Part shown: positions 1 through 10,883 of the stretch, one piece after another
Position numbering within the stretch: the stretch's first letter is position 1
How the letters are laid out: every line of letters begins with the position of its first letter
Assembly (NCBI GenBank): GCA_031260345.1
Contig: JAIRKA010000071.1
Coordinates: forward strand, 781 to 64,780
Source of the DNA: Methanosarcinales archaeon
GTDB taxonomy: Archaea; Halobacteriota; Methanosarcinia; Methanosarcinales; Methanosarcinaceae
DNA: 64,000 nucleotides
Reading direction: 5' to 3'
Program-made: the position numbers and the translations under genes
The notes under the pieces: generated by a model
Databases searched by the model: none
Seen by the model: only the letters and a program-made list of their open reading frames with translations
What the model was told of the DNA's origin: nothing

Positions 1-223
1 CGTAATCCGTTCCGGCTGCAAGCTCAAAGTCTGAAAAATTGCCGGCGTAAGCACGCGCGCTGAAGCGTGAAGCGCCCATGTACACAGCGTCCGCCCCGTT
101 TTGAACGGCTGCCAAAAGTGAAATCAGTGTTCCCGCAGGAGCCAATAATTCAGGCGTTAACCCTGAAGAAGAATCTGTTCGGGATTCGAGGGAGTCCGAA
201 GCGAAAATTTTTGAAACGGGCAT
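1..223 (-). CDS. U32 peptidase family protein, N-terminal part (runs off window start)
   Basis: Not in the ORF track. Manual translation from ATG at 223 gives MPVSKIF...TPELLAPAGTLISLLAAVQNGADAVYMGASRFSARAYAGNF, the U32 N-terminal signature (ELLAPAG, GADAVY.G). Confidence 0.85.
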   Translation of the reverse strand, partial: MPVSKIFASDSLESRTDSSSGLTPELLAPAGTLISLLAAVQNGADAVYMGASRFSARAYAGNFSDFELAAGTDY

Positions 224-519
224 AAAAACACCTTGGAGCAGAGATAAAGATGGATAACAATTTGAAAAACAGGATATACTTTAAAATAGCTTTGCTTTTT
301 CGAAAAAATGAAAAAAAGATAAAACCAATTTCCATCAAGATGTGCAAAAAAGGGTGTCTTCATTTTTAAAACATCTTTGAAAAATTCGTGCGGCTCGCGC
401 GTCGGCGGCAACCGAGCAAAGCAGTAAGGTGACAGTGCAGCCCAACTCAAAAAATAAATGAAGCGGATTGCCAAAATAAGGCAATCTGCCCTTTGCCTAA
501 TTAAACATCAGCCGGGAAA

Positions 520-1509
520 TTATCTTTGGCTGACATAAGCGTCGAAGAAGGACATGTCAAAGAGTTCCGCAGATGTCAGCGGTCTTGGAATCAAGCCCTG
601 TTCATACTGAATTCTTGCATACTCAACAACATACTCTTCAATGATGCGCGGGTCGGCAATCCATGCGCCGTCCCATTCACTGATTGATTGGAGGACAACG
701 GCTTCGGAAACTCCGGTCACGTTGGCGTAATACCTTGCAGCGTCTTCTGGGTTTGCATTTGTATATATGGTTGCATTGATATGGATTCTAAGGATTTCGG
801 CGACAATGTCGGGGTGTTCATCAATGAATCTCTGGCTGACGGCCAAGACACAGCAGGCGTGGTCGGATGACATATCACCGGATTCCATGACGACTTTTCC
901 GACACCGGAATTGACAATAATCGATGGTGCAGGGTGCGGCAAGAAAACGGCGTCAACTGCGCCCGCTCTCAATGCGGTTTGTGCTTCGCCTGAGTCCATT
1001 CCTCTAATATCGACTCTTGAAAGATTGACACCGTTGTCGATCAGCCATTGTCTCAGGAGAGTATCCTGAATGGAACCCGGCGGGAAAGTGGCAATTGTTT
1101 TACCTTCGAAGTATGACGGGCCTGTGTAGTCCGCGTCTGTCGGAACAATCAAGCTGGAACCGTTCACTTGGACAGCTGCGATTATCTTTAAATCAGCATT
1201 GTTCTGGGCAATGGCCGGAATCAGCGGCGCTGCGCCGATATAAGCGATGTGAATGGCACCGGATGCAAGAGCCGTTGCTTGGGAAGGACCGCTCGGGAAG
1301 GATCTGTCACTGACATTTCTGACTTCATCCATCTGCGTTAAATTGGAAGACCACCAACCGAGTTCTTTTGCGGTGGTGAAAGCCATGTGATGCGTGCTCG
1401 GCTGGTAACCGATGACGACGTTTGTTGTTCCGCTGTCACCGCCTAAACAGCCTGAAAACGAGGCGGCAATCAGAAGGACGGCGAAGCCGATAAACATTAT
1501 TTTTTTCAT
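520..1509 (-). CDS. ABC transporter substrate-binding lipoprotein, SsuA/TauA/NrtA-like
   Basis: Archaeal lipobox (FSGCLG); motifs GYQPSTHH, FPSGP, GSIQD, HACCVL. Confidence 0.85.
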   Translation of the reverse strand: MKKIMFIGFAVLLIAASFSGCLGGDSGTTNVVIGYQPSTHHMAFTTAKELGWWSSNLTQMDEVRNVSDRSFPSGPSQATALASGAIHIAYIGAAPLIPAIAQNNADLKIIAAVQVNGSSLIVPTDADYTGPSYFEGKTIATFPPGSIQDTLLRQWLIDNGVNLSRVDIRGMDSGEAQTALRAGAVDAVFLPHPAPSIIVNSGVGKVVMESGDMSSDHACCVLAVSQRFIDEHPDIVAEILRIHINATIYTNANPEDAARYYANVTGVSEAVVLQSISEWDGAWIADPRIIEEYVVEYARIQYEQGLIPRPLTSAELFDMSFFDAYVSQR

Positions 1510-2004
1510 AATAAACCTCTATAACTCCAAAGCAATTTCAATGCATTGATTTTAATTAAACTGATTGTAATGATTTGTAAATGGTTTGTAACTTGATTGA
1601 TGAAATTTTAAGCGAAATTCATGAAAAGATAAAATTTCAATCCAATAGAAAGTATTTCGAGAAAAAATCTGAAACGGTTAATACAGGGGATCAAAAGCGA
1701 CATACTTACGAGCTTTGGAAGTACGTCTGCGTTCGTTTTTCATTTTTCCTCGAAACACTTTTTCGAATTTATCAGCCGAATTCGAATACGGCAATGTTAA
1801 AAATACGGCTTAAATAAAACCGCAAATATTCATTTGGCTGAAATCCATATAAAAATCTATCCGAAATTGATCGATTTTTATCATTTTTGTGATAATTTTT
1901 TATACCAAGTTTCCTCTTATGGACAGTTACCTGCAATAAATCAGCACAGCAATAAAACCCGTAATAACACCATATCAAACAAATGATGAATAAAAAACGT
2001 AAAA

Positions 2005-2541
2005 ATGACAAGAGATGAGGAAATGAATATTTCAGACCGTTTAATTAAGGCTGCTTTTGAATCGGACGAAAACTTTCAAATCGTTCTTCAGCGCGCGATT
2101 AAGGAAGACTTGAATATGAACGCCGTAGACTTTTCAAAGGAAGCCGGCATTCCGCACAGCACGCTTTACAAGATATTATCAGGAAACCGCGCGCCGAACA
2201 TTAAAACGCTGCGGCAGATTGTCAGCACTGTCAGAAAGTATGAAACGCCGAAAGATGAATTTATCGCAATCATTGCTGCCCGTATGGTTTTGGATACAAT
2301 TACGGAAACGAAAAGAAAAATCAGCGGCCGTTTGATTACGGTGAAAGAATATTCGGCCACTTCAATTGAAGAAGCGATTATTGCCGCAACGCGCGCCGAG
2401 CGCGACGGCGCAAAAGCGCTTGTCTGCGCGCCGATTGTCAGCCACACGGTTGAAAAGATCGTTTCAATCCCCGTGACGACAATTATGCCCAAAGAAAGCA
2501 TTACGGAAGCGATTGAAATCGCGATGAGAAAAATCGGATAA
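2005..2541 (+). CDS. XRE-type helix-turn-helix transcriptional regulator
   Basis: HTH segment AVDFSKEAGIPHSTLYKILSGNRAPNIKTL plus a C-terminal alpha/beta domain; divergent from the binding-protein gene. Confidence 0.75.
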   Translation: MTRDEEMNISDRLIKAAFESDENFQIVLQRAIKEDLNMNAVDFSKEAGIPHSTLYKILSGNRAPNIKTLRQIVSTVRKYETPKDEFIAIIAARMVLDTITETKRKISGRLITVKEYSATSIEEAIIAATRAERDGAKALVCAPIVSHTVEKIVSIPVTTIMPKESITEAIEIAMRKIG

Positions 2542-2863
2542 AGGGACGATTTATTTCCTTTAAGTCCAATACCTTTTTTCTTTTTTGTAACAGTAAAACA
2601 AGTCTTGTTTCTTGAAACATTTTGGATTGAAAAATTGTGCGGTTCGCGCGCGGAGGCAGCGGCTGCCAAACGGTAAACGGAATCAGTAAGATAGCCGCAG
2701 CCACATTCGCGACAGCGTTCGGACGTGACAAAAAAGAGCAGATGCAAGTGGAAACGCGGATGGCGGCAGTAGCAGCACAGCAGCAATCTAGGGAAAAAAA
2801 GGAAAAAAAAGGTTTGGAAAAACCAAACCCGTTTATTTTAATTTTATTTTCAGATCAAATTCC

Positions 2864-5800
2864 TTATTTTCTTTGGAACTTTAATTTAATGTCGGCAACG
2901 ACTTCTTGTGCGACGTCTTTATAGTTATTTTTGTTTGCACCTTTCACACCGAAAAGGTAGGCAACAAATCCGATAACCGCAATGACAACGATTGCAAGAA
3001 TTGCGAGGACAGCATACAGAATGGTTGAGCCGAACGTTGCCGGGCCGACGGAAAGAGAAGACATGCTTGAAGGCAAGTTAATCGTTCTGTTGCCGCTGCT
3101 TATTTCAACCAATTCCAGAGTGTAATTGCCCTCTGCAGGTGCTGTAACAGACATTCTCACATTTCTGGTCTGGCCCATGTTCACCGAAACGGTAGAATTG
3201 GACTGATCAACAATGGTTCCGTTACTGTCCCTCAAAACCAAAGACAAGTCGTGCGAGCCGTTTCGGATACCGTTGTTGGTAATATCGAAATTGAGTCGAA
3301 TCGCGCTTCTTGCGGACGGGTTAGTCGAGCTGATTGTAAAGTTGGAGTATACAAAAGCAACTTCTTGAGACACGTTAACGGTGGTCGTTCCATTGTTGTA
3401 TCGTTCTCTAACGACATCGATCGTCACACTTCCGGTTCTGTTGAATGTGTGGTTGAGTTGGCCGGATGCGTTGGTCGTTCCGACGCGCTCACCGCTGACG
3501 AAAACGTCTGCGCCGGAAATGGCAGAGCCGTTTAAGGAGTCGGTGGCTGTGATTGTTCCGGCCGTTCCGAAGTAAATGACATCCGGAGAAACACGAACAG
3601 TCATGTTCATGAGTCTTTCGTTCACGGTCAAGCTGGCATTTCCTGCGGTGTAGCCTGATCTTTCAGCATTTACCCTAAACGTTCCGACCGCACTCGTTGT
3701 AAAGTTGACTTGGCCGGAAGAGTTGGTTGTTCCGACAGATGAGCCGTTGATTGAAACGGAGACACCTTCAATTGTTGTTCCGCGGTCAAGAACTGTGATT
3801 GTAACAGTGTCGCCTGAAATAACTGTCGAGTTGGACAAACGAACCGTCAGCGGGTCGGTAGAGCCGATTTCGCGCTGAACAACAGGCGCGAATCTTAAAG
3901 TGTTATTGTCGCCGACTTTGAAGAACATGGTTGTGTTGCCGACACTCATGAATTCAACATCGCTGCCGGAATCTAAGTTGATTGAATCGCGATTTACGAG
4001 TTCAATGCCGTTGCTGTTGACCCTATCAACTTCCATTCTGCCGTATCTTGTTCCTCTTTCGATCCTCGTCAAGTTCTCAGATGCCTGGAAAATGCCTGAA
4101 ATGGTCACAAGGCTGCTCTCGGTTCCCTGGAAAACAGAATCAACGTGAACTCTGATGAAAGTCGTGTTGTTTCCCCCGATTCTCTGTGAGTAGGTCATAG
4201 AACTACCTGCTGAAACAGGTTGGGTATGAATGGTCCTGCCGTTCCTTTCAACGACAAGCAAAACGCTGTTTCCGTTGACATTGATTTGATCGACTCTGAC
4301 AGAAACACCTTCCTCAAGGGTCAAAGACTGGCCGACACGCATTTGTCTGTTTTCATCGGTGTCAACCAAAACTTTGGACAAATTGCCGCCTTGTAAGAGG
4401 TTGCCGTTCGCTCCTGCATAATATTTTTCACCCATGAATCCGAGGACGGTATAGCTGTCCCAGTTGCTGCCTTGGAATGCATAATCAACGACTGTTGTGG
4501 TTGCCGTGTAAGTCAGGTTGTTTCTGTCAATTCTGCGTGAATCGTTGCCGATTTCCTGATTGATTCGAATACGTTCGGAATTCGTGAAATCATTGTTGAT
4601 GTCGTAGAAGAAGCCTTCAAAATTCAAGGGCGTCCATGTGTCAACAATGAAATCTTGGTTGCTGAAATCAGAAACCGTACCGCGGATTTCGTAAATTCCG
4701 GGGTCAACAAATTCAAGGACTGGTGCAAATCTTAAGGTGTCGCTGTCAGCAACAATAAATTTCATTCTGCCCATTAAAGTGACTTCAGAATCGCGATTCA
4801 AGTCGATTCTGTCACGGTTTGTCATTCTAATGGTGTCACCGGTGACGCTGGTGATTTCCATTCTGTCGATTCTCGTTCCTCTTTCGAGCCTGACCAAGTT
4901 ATCGGAAATTTGGAAAATACCGTCAATCGCCACAAGGCTGCTTTCTGTTCCCTGGAAAACGCTCCCGACATTGATGATGATGAATGGAATGGTCTGGCCG
5001 CTGATGTTTCTACTATAAACGAATGGCGTGTTTGCATTGACAGGCCTGCTGGTAACCTGCCTGCCATCTTTTTCAACGACAAGCAAAGCCTGATTGCCGT
5101 TGACATTGATCTGGTCGATTCTGACGGAATATCCTTCTTCAAGCGCAATGGACTGACCGATGCGGTAGTTTTGACTCTCAGATTCATCAATTAAAACTTT
5201 TGATAAATTACCTGTTCTCATCAAGCTTCCGAAATTATTATTGCCAACGGTTGCGCTGGTTGCACCTGCAAAGTATTTGTCTCCCATGAAACCGACAATT
5301 GAGTAATTGCCCCAGCTACTGTGATTAAACCTAACATCGGATGTTGTTGTTTCATATGTGATGCTGTTATTTTCAAGGGTGCGGCTAATGTTCGTAATTG
5401 ACATGAATTCGCTGCCTTGGCCGGTGTCGAAATCATAGAAGAAGCCGGAGAAACTGCGGGCGGTCCAGTTGTAAGTTGATCCGAGAGGTGTCTCAGTAGA
5501 TTCTTCCCAAATACGGTTGCCTGTTGTGCTGGGTGTGACTCTGAGGTTCCATGTGACTGTCTGACTGGGGTTTGTGCTAACAGTTAATTCCAAAGTATAA
5601 TTTCCTGCTGCACTCGGTCTCCATGAAAAAGTATCCGTGGTCGCACTTGTAACGTCATTTTTTGTTACGAGATTGTTTACTGTATTATCTGTGTCATTTA
5701 TCGCCCATGAAAAAGAAGAGGGAGAGATTGCAACAGCTGTCAAACTAAAGGTTGTACCTATTTCGAAACTACTCAATGTCTTTGGAGTGCCATCGGAATT

Positions 5801-6670
5801 CAGGTAGTCTGCCATTGCAGTGACATCAAATAAATTTAAAATGGTCGTTTTGCTGACATTTGTATTGAATAAACTGTAATTGGAACCTGAATTTCCTCTG
5901 ACTGTAAGGGTATAATCTTCATCACTGGTTAAATTGGAAGCAACAAGTGTGTTTCCTGTTAAAGAAAGATTTCCGCTGTCGACTGCGCCGCTGGTCGCTC
6001 CTGTAACAGTATAGTCTACATAAGTGTCCCAATTTGAAAGAGTCCAAGTAATTGAATTTGCTGTGATTAAACCTGGCGTGATACTAACGGGGCTGAAGGT
6101 TCCTGCAGTGAAATTGGAACCATTATTTGTGCCATCCGTAGTACGGAAAATAATATCAGTAGCTCCACTAGGATTTCCACTTACAGTTCCCGTTAAAGGT
6201 CCCGGTGTGGCATAATCAACCCAGCCGCTTCCGTTATAAAGTTGAAGAGTTTCCGTACCGCTCTGCACCCAGTTCCAAGACAAATCAAAATGAGTCGCAT
6301 TGGAGTTAACAGTAGATACTAATGAATTGATTGTCGGATTAGGCAATGCAGTAGTTGTAAATGACCCCTGTGCGGAATTTCCGTCATCATCGCTAACCGT
6401 CACCGTATAAGGTGTATTCGGAGTTAAAGCAATGCCCAAAAAAATACTGTTGTTATTAATGGCTTCATTTGAAAAAGGCGTTCCGACAATGGCAACCGTA
6501 AAATTACCACTGTTAACTAATGTTCCGTTCCAAGTAACAGTAACATCATATTCTCCCGGAGCGGAACTTTCAACTGCTGATGCCTGCACATCGCTGACAG
6601 TTGCACTCGCCATACCAACCATTGAAAACAAGATCAGCAGGATGATTGCATATTTTAATAGACTTTTCAT
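2864..6670 (-). CDS. S-layer protein with two Methanosarcina-type S-layer (DUF1608-like) domains, Ig/CARDB-like domains and C-terminal TM anchor
   Basis: Signal peptide MKSLLKYAIILLILFSMVGMASA; duplicated W...F.GFFYD / GFMG.KY.AG / LSKVL.D / FQGTESSLV blocks; C-terminal hydrophobic helix. Start placed at ATG 6670. Confidence 0.85.
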   Translation of the reverse strand: MKSLLKYAIILLILFSMVGMASATVSDVQASAVESSAPGEYDVTVTWNGTLVNSGNFTVAIVGTPFSNEAINNNSIFLGIALTPNTPYTVTVSDDDGNSAQGSFTTTALPNPTINSLVSTVNSNATHFDLSWNWVQSGTETLQLYNGSGWVDYATPGPLTGTVSGNPSGATDIIFRTTDGTNNGSNFTAGTFSPVSITPGLITANSITWTLSNWDTYVDYTVTGATSGAVDSGNLSLTGNTLVASNLTSDEDYTLTVRGNSGSNYSLFNTNVSKTTILNLFDVTAMADYLNSDGTPKTLSSFEIGTTFSLTAVAISPSSFSWAINDTDNTVNNLVTKNDVTSATTDTFSWRPSAAGNYTLELTVSTNPSQTVTWNLRVTPSTTGNRIWEESTETPLGSTYNWTARSFSGFFYDFDTGQGSEFMSITNISRTLENNSITYETTTSDVRFNHSSWGNYSIVGFMGDKYFAGATSATVGNNNFGSLMRTGNLSKVLIDESESQNYRIGQSIALEEGYSVRIDQINVNGNQALLVVEKDGRQVTSRPVNANTPFVYSRNISGQTIPFIIINVGSVFQGTESSLVAIDGIFQISDNLVRLERGTRIDRMEITSVTGDTIRMTNRDRIDLNRDSEVTLMGRMKFIVADSDTLRFAPVLEFVDPGIYEIRGTVSDFSNQDFIVDTWTPLNFEGFFYDINNDFTNSERIRINQEIGNDSRRIDRNNLTYTATTTVVDYAFQGSNWDSYTVLGFMGEKYYAGANGNLLQGGNLSKVLVDTDENRQMRVGQSLTLEEGVSVRVDQINVNGNSVLLVVERNGRTIHTQPVSAGSSMTYSQRIGGNNTTFIRVHVDSVFQGTESSLVTISGIFQASENLTRIERGTRYGRMEVDRVNSNGIELVNRDSINLDSGSDVEFMSVGNTTMFFKVGDNNTLRFAPVVQREIGSTDPLTVRLSNSTVISGDTVTITVLDRGTTIEGVSVSINGSSVGTTNSSGQVNFTTSAVGTFRVNAERSGYTAGNASLTVNERLMNMTVRVSPDVIYFGTAGTITATDSLNGSAISGADVFVSGERVGTTNASGQLNHTFNRTGSVTIDVVRERYNNGTTTVNVSQEVAFVYSNFTISSTNPSARSAIRLNFDITNNGIRNGSHDLSLVLRDSNGTIVDQSNSTVSVNMGQTRNVRMSVTAPAEGNYTLELVEISSGNRTINLPSSMSSLSVGPATFGSTILYAVLAILAIVVIAVIGFVAYLFGVKGANKNNYKDVAQEVVADIKLKFQRK

Positions 6671-6821
6671 GATTTTACCTTTTATTTCAATTAATTTTTC
6701 CAAATTCTATTTTCTAAAAATCTCTATTTTTTCAATTTATCGAATTCTTTCGTAATTTAAACCTATAACCCTTAATTTTTACTTAAAAGTAAAAACAGAT
6801 GAGCAATTTCACAATCTCATC

Positions 6822-8006
6822 TCATATATATTTTTTGAACGAATCATACCCAATTTTCAGCAAAGGTTGCCTTTGTGAATTTAAACCCGCATGTCTGATA
6901 ATGACGTTTTCTTTATCGGCAATTGCCTTCCCAATAACCGTGAATTGACAGGGAGATCTGCCGGTTTTGCCGGACGAGGGAAGACTTTCAAAACGCGATG
7001 CAGCGTTTTGATTGAATATTTCAAACAATTCTTCGACAAGAGAAAGCTTACCCGAAGGAATCGTAAACAGCAATTCGTAATCGCCGCCTGTGTAAAGCGC
7101 TTCATGAACAAGCAAAGCGTGTGCTTTGGCCGCAATTTGCTCATCAGTCACACTTTGGTTTTCGTTTTGATTTTTCAAGTGACATGAAAGGATGTCCAAA
7201 GCTTCGGAATCAAACGGAAGACTTTGTTCATCAATTTCAAAAAAGACGCCTGAAAGCGTCGATAATTCATAAACGGAGGAAGCCAGGCCGTCGCTTGTGT
7301 CAATCATAGAATGGACAGCGCCGCTTTTGGCAAGCATCAGTCCTTCAAAAATACGAGGGAAAGGCTCGGTTAAATTTTTCAAAAACGAATCGGAAACAGA
7401 CCCGACAGAACCGTTTGAAATGTTCGTTTGAATTTCATTTAATAAAACGGAAAGAGAAACGCCGGCAGAACCGGGGAATCCTGTGACACAAAGAAGGTCG
7501 CCGGGCTGCGCATTTTTCCGAAGAAGCAGAGTTTTGTTTTCGGAAAGACCGATCACGGTTCCCGTAATTGTCAGTTCATTATTGATTTCGGTGTCGCCGC
7601 CAATCACTTCGGCGCCGAAAAATGAAACGCAGTCCTGAATTCCGCGCGCGAATTCTTCCGTGTCTTTAAGCGTAAAGCCTTTCGGAAGGCCGGCCGAAAA
7701 AAGAAAAGCAATCGGTTTGGAGCCCATCGCCGCCAAATCACTCAGATTGACCGCAGCCGACATCCAGCCTTTCTGCCAAAGCGTCGTTCCGTTCGGAAAG
7801 TCGGTCGATTCACGAACCGTATCCGTGCTGAACGTCAGCGACTCGCCGGACAAATTTTTGGCAAATGAATCCAAACGTAAAGCGGCGCAGTCATCGAATT
7901 CCGAACCGGAAAGAAGCGGTTTATTTTTCAGCCGAAAAACATCTGAAAAAACGCGGATAAAATCTTTTTCTGTCGGAAGATCGCTCACAATGACACCTGA
8001 ATTCAT
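6822..8006 (-). CDS. thiL: Thiamine-monophosphate kinase
   Basis: DDCAAL, NLSDLAAMG, VIGGDT, MIDTSDGL and GGDYELLFT motifs; start uncertain. Confidence 0.9.
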   Translation of the reverse strand: MNSGVIVSDLPTEKDFIRVFSDVFRLKNKPLLSGSEFDDCAALRLDSFAKNLSGESLTFSTDTVRESTDFPNGTTLWQKGWMSAAVNLSDLAAMGSKPIAFLFSAGLPKGFTLKDTEEFARGIQDCVSFFGAEVIGGDTEINNELTITGTVIGLSENKTLLLRKNAQPGDLLCVTGFPGSAGVSLSVLLNEIQTNISNGSVGSVSDSFLKNLTEPFPRIFEGLMLAKSGAVHSMIDTSDGLASSVYELSTLSGVFFEIDEQSLPFDSEALDILSCHLKNQNENQSVTDEQIAAKAHALLVHEALYTGGDYELLFTIPSGKLSLVEELFEIFNQNAASRFESLPSSGKTGRSPCQFTVIGKAIADKENVIIRHAGLNSQRQPLLKIGYDSFKKYI

Positions 8007-8630
8007 TTTTAAATAATGATAAATGAACAAAACAGCCGATCAATTTAGACCGCTGTAGATTTACTAAAAAACCTTAATCAGATTACGTTAATTGTTATCT
8101 GAGACTTGATATTTAAAGTTGTTTAGAAATGTTTGAATGGAATTGCTTTGAACACTCACGATTATAGGAGTTGAATGAATAAAGGGGTCTCGAACGAAAA
8201 ACAGTCACTTCAAGCGGAATGGGGTTTGGTCGGAACGAGGGGGTTGTACCGTTTGGATAGGGGAAAATCGTTTTTAGTGAAGTGAATCAATTTTTTGTTC
8301 GAGAAACAATAAAGTAAAACCGCTGTTGTATTAAATCTCTTACTTTAACTTCAATTCAGATTGAAGTAAAAATTTGCTCCCTTCAGTCTCAAAATGCCAA
8401 ATGGGGGGAGGGCTGTATTTGCTGAAAAGTCGCTGCGCGATTTTTTGGCAGTTGCCACCGCGTGCGTGCTGCTCCGTTTTTAGTGATACCTGCTGCTTAT
8501 TTCATTAAGAAAAAATCAGATGCAAAAGACGAGGAAACCGAAGAATAAGAAAATAATAAAAAGGAAAACAACAGAACGGATTTTTCCGCTCTGTTATTGT
8601 TTTTATTTTAACTTTAAAATTCATCTTTCA

Positions 8631-10550
8631 TTAAATGGCTTTTCTGTCTTCCGGTTTAATGAAATCAACTGTTATGCCCATTGATCGAAGCGTTTCTGCG
8701 ATTTCTTTGAAAGCCAGATAAACTTCCACGCGGGCAAGATCTGTTTTTTCAAGACGCGGCTCTGCTGCAATCCAGACTTCCTGTTCATTGTTTCCACGTG
8801 AAATCACGGGGCATGAAAGCAAGTCGCCGTGGGTGAGGCGGTAAACCGTGTTTGTCCCCGAAGATGTGAACCAAGCGGTGTTCTTTGCTCTCAAGTCTGC
8901 AATGAAATTGTCCCAATCCAAAGATTTGGAGGCCTTCAAATCCAATTGCAAATGCTCGCGCTCGCCGTTGATCTCTGCATGAAGGACACTGTAATAGCTC
9001 GCGTAGTCTCCGGATGTTTGATCGACTTTTGAAACCTCATCCGTTTCAAGCGTTTTGGCTTCCTTTTCAAAGAAGGGGGCCAAATTGTAAACGGAAGATC
9101 TTTTGGTCATCAAAGAGACGATTACAAGCGCTGAGGCACTGAGGAACATGCTGACAATAACACCGTGCCCTGTTAAAATCGGAGAGATGAGTTCAAGATA
9201 GTAAAGGCCTGCCGCGTTTTTGCCCACGTACATATCAATTAAAGTGAAGCTGATCTGACAAACACCGCCGATAATCAATGAAGCAATAGCTCCTTCCTTT
9301 GTTGCGCGGCTCCAGAACAATCCGGCCATGAGCGGGAAGAAGTAAGCGGCACTTGCAAGGAAAGTTGCGATGTGGATGTATTCAATAATGTTGACGTCTG
9401 TGAAAGCAATCGCCGTTGAACCTGCAATGATGATCAGGACAGCGATTTTGTTGACAACCTTTAACTCTTTCATCGTTGCATCGGGTTTAACGTATCTTTG
9501 GTAGATGTCGCGGGAAAGCGTTGAACCGCCGGATGTCGCGAATGAGTCCATACAAGACATCGCGGCAGCCGTCAGACCGAGCGCAATCAAAACGATTCCG
9601 ATTTCTGAGAACTGGTTCAAAGAGAAGAGCAAAAGCGCGATTTCCGCGTCCCCGATGGTTGTAATGTCCGGATAAAGGTAGCGAAGACCAAGACCCAAGA
9701 GACAGCAGGCAACACCGAAAATAAGGAAGACCAAAAATGAGCCGAGGAAGAAACCTTTTCTGGCGCTTTTTTCATCTTTGGATGCCCAAACTTTCTGCCA
9801 CTGATCCTGTTCGGAAATCCATCCGGGAATGATTGCGACAAGGAAGATAAGAACCAAGGGAAGCCCGATTGAAAACGGATTCCACCATCCTGTTCCGGAT
9901 TGAGATGATGCGATAAAGCCGCTGACTGAAAGCGCGCTGGTATCGGCTGCCACGAATATAACGGCAATCGCCAGAAAAATCGTCACCGATGCTAAGAGGA
10001 GATATTGGAAAATGTCCGTCCAAACGACAGCGGACATACCGCCAAGCAAAACATATGCAGAAACGGAGAGTGAAATCAGAAGCGCGGCGTAAATCGGATC
10101 CAAGCCGAATAAGACACCGAAGATGAGCATCAGGCCGGAAACGTCAGCGGCGCCGAAAAGCATCATAATGATTGCCACAAGTATAGCAACAGGAAGACGG
10201 ATGGAGCTGGCATATCTCTGTTCCAGAAGTTCGGGCTGTGTAATTGCCGGCAAACTTTTGATTTTGGAAACCAATAAGCCGATAATGAAAAGAGCCATAA
10301 AGTTGGGGGCTGCGAAGGTCCAGACAGAACCGAGGCCGCCGACCAAATAAAAGGCCGTCACCGCTAAAATACCGCCGCCCGTAATCCAGGTCGCTCCTGC
10401 GGAAAAACCGATTGGGATGAAGCCGAGCTTTCTCCCGCCCAGCCAGAAATCAACAACCGATTTCTGTCTTTTGCTGAAGTACCAGCCGACAGCAAGCAAC
10501 ACAGCTGTGTAGATTGCCAGGCAGATACCAAACATAATAAACATATTCAT
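8631..10550 (-). CDS. Sodium:solute symporter family protein with C-terminal soluble extension
   Basis: About 13 hydrophobic segments; DFWLGGR, GGMSAVVWTD, AAAMS.MDS and GLFWSRATKEGA motifs. Confidence 0.88.
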   Translation of the reverse strand: MNMFIMFGICLAIYTAVLLAVGWYFSKRQKSVVDFWLGGRKLGFIPIGFSAGATWITGGGILAVTAFYLVGGLGSVWTFAAPNFMALFIIGLLVSKIKSLPAITQPELLEQRYASSIRLPVAILVAIIMMLFGAADVSGLMLIFGVLFGLDPIYAALLISLSVSAYVLLGGMSAVVWTDIFQYLLLASVTIFLAIAVIFVAADTSALSVSGFIASSQSGTGWWNPFSIGLPLVLIFLVAIIPGWISEQDQWQKVWASKDEKSARKGFFLGSFLVFLIFGVACCLLGLGLRYLYPDITTIGDAEIALLLFSLNQFSEIGIVLIALGLTAAAMSCMDSFATSGGSTLSRDIYQRYVKPDATMKELKVVNKIAVLIIIAGSTAIAFTDVNIIEYIHIATFLASAAYFFPLMAGLFWSRATKEGAIASLIIGGVCQISFTLIDMYVGKNAAGLYYLELISPILTGHGVIVSMFLSASALVIVSLMTKRSSVYNLAPFFEKEAKTLETDEVSKVDQTSGDYASYYSVLHAEINGEREHLQLDLKASKSLDWDNFIADLRAKNTAWFTSSGTNTVYRLTHGDLLSCPVISRGNNEQEVWIAAEPRLEKTDLARVEVYLAFKEIAETLRSMGITVDFIKPEDRKAI

Positions 10551-10883
10551 AAAAAAACCCCTATACTTTTTTACAACTCATTTGCAATTAAAATTAATGT
10601 GCCCGTTTTTGAAGTGTTTTTTGATTCAATTTCCTTCAGAAAAACAACATTTACCACAATTCCAAATAATTGAATGTGAATAAACCGGAAGATATGATTG
10701 AATTCATTTTAAAGTTTCGCCTGTTTTGGTTGAATTGAAGTCAATTTATGTTTGATTTTATTGAATCGACAGCTTGAAAACGAATTCCCTATTATTGATA
10801 TAATTGGCGGCAGAGGGTTTTTATGTCTGCGCTATCTATTCATTCAAAACAAATACAATGAGACAATTCAGTAAAATCGTAAA

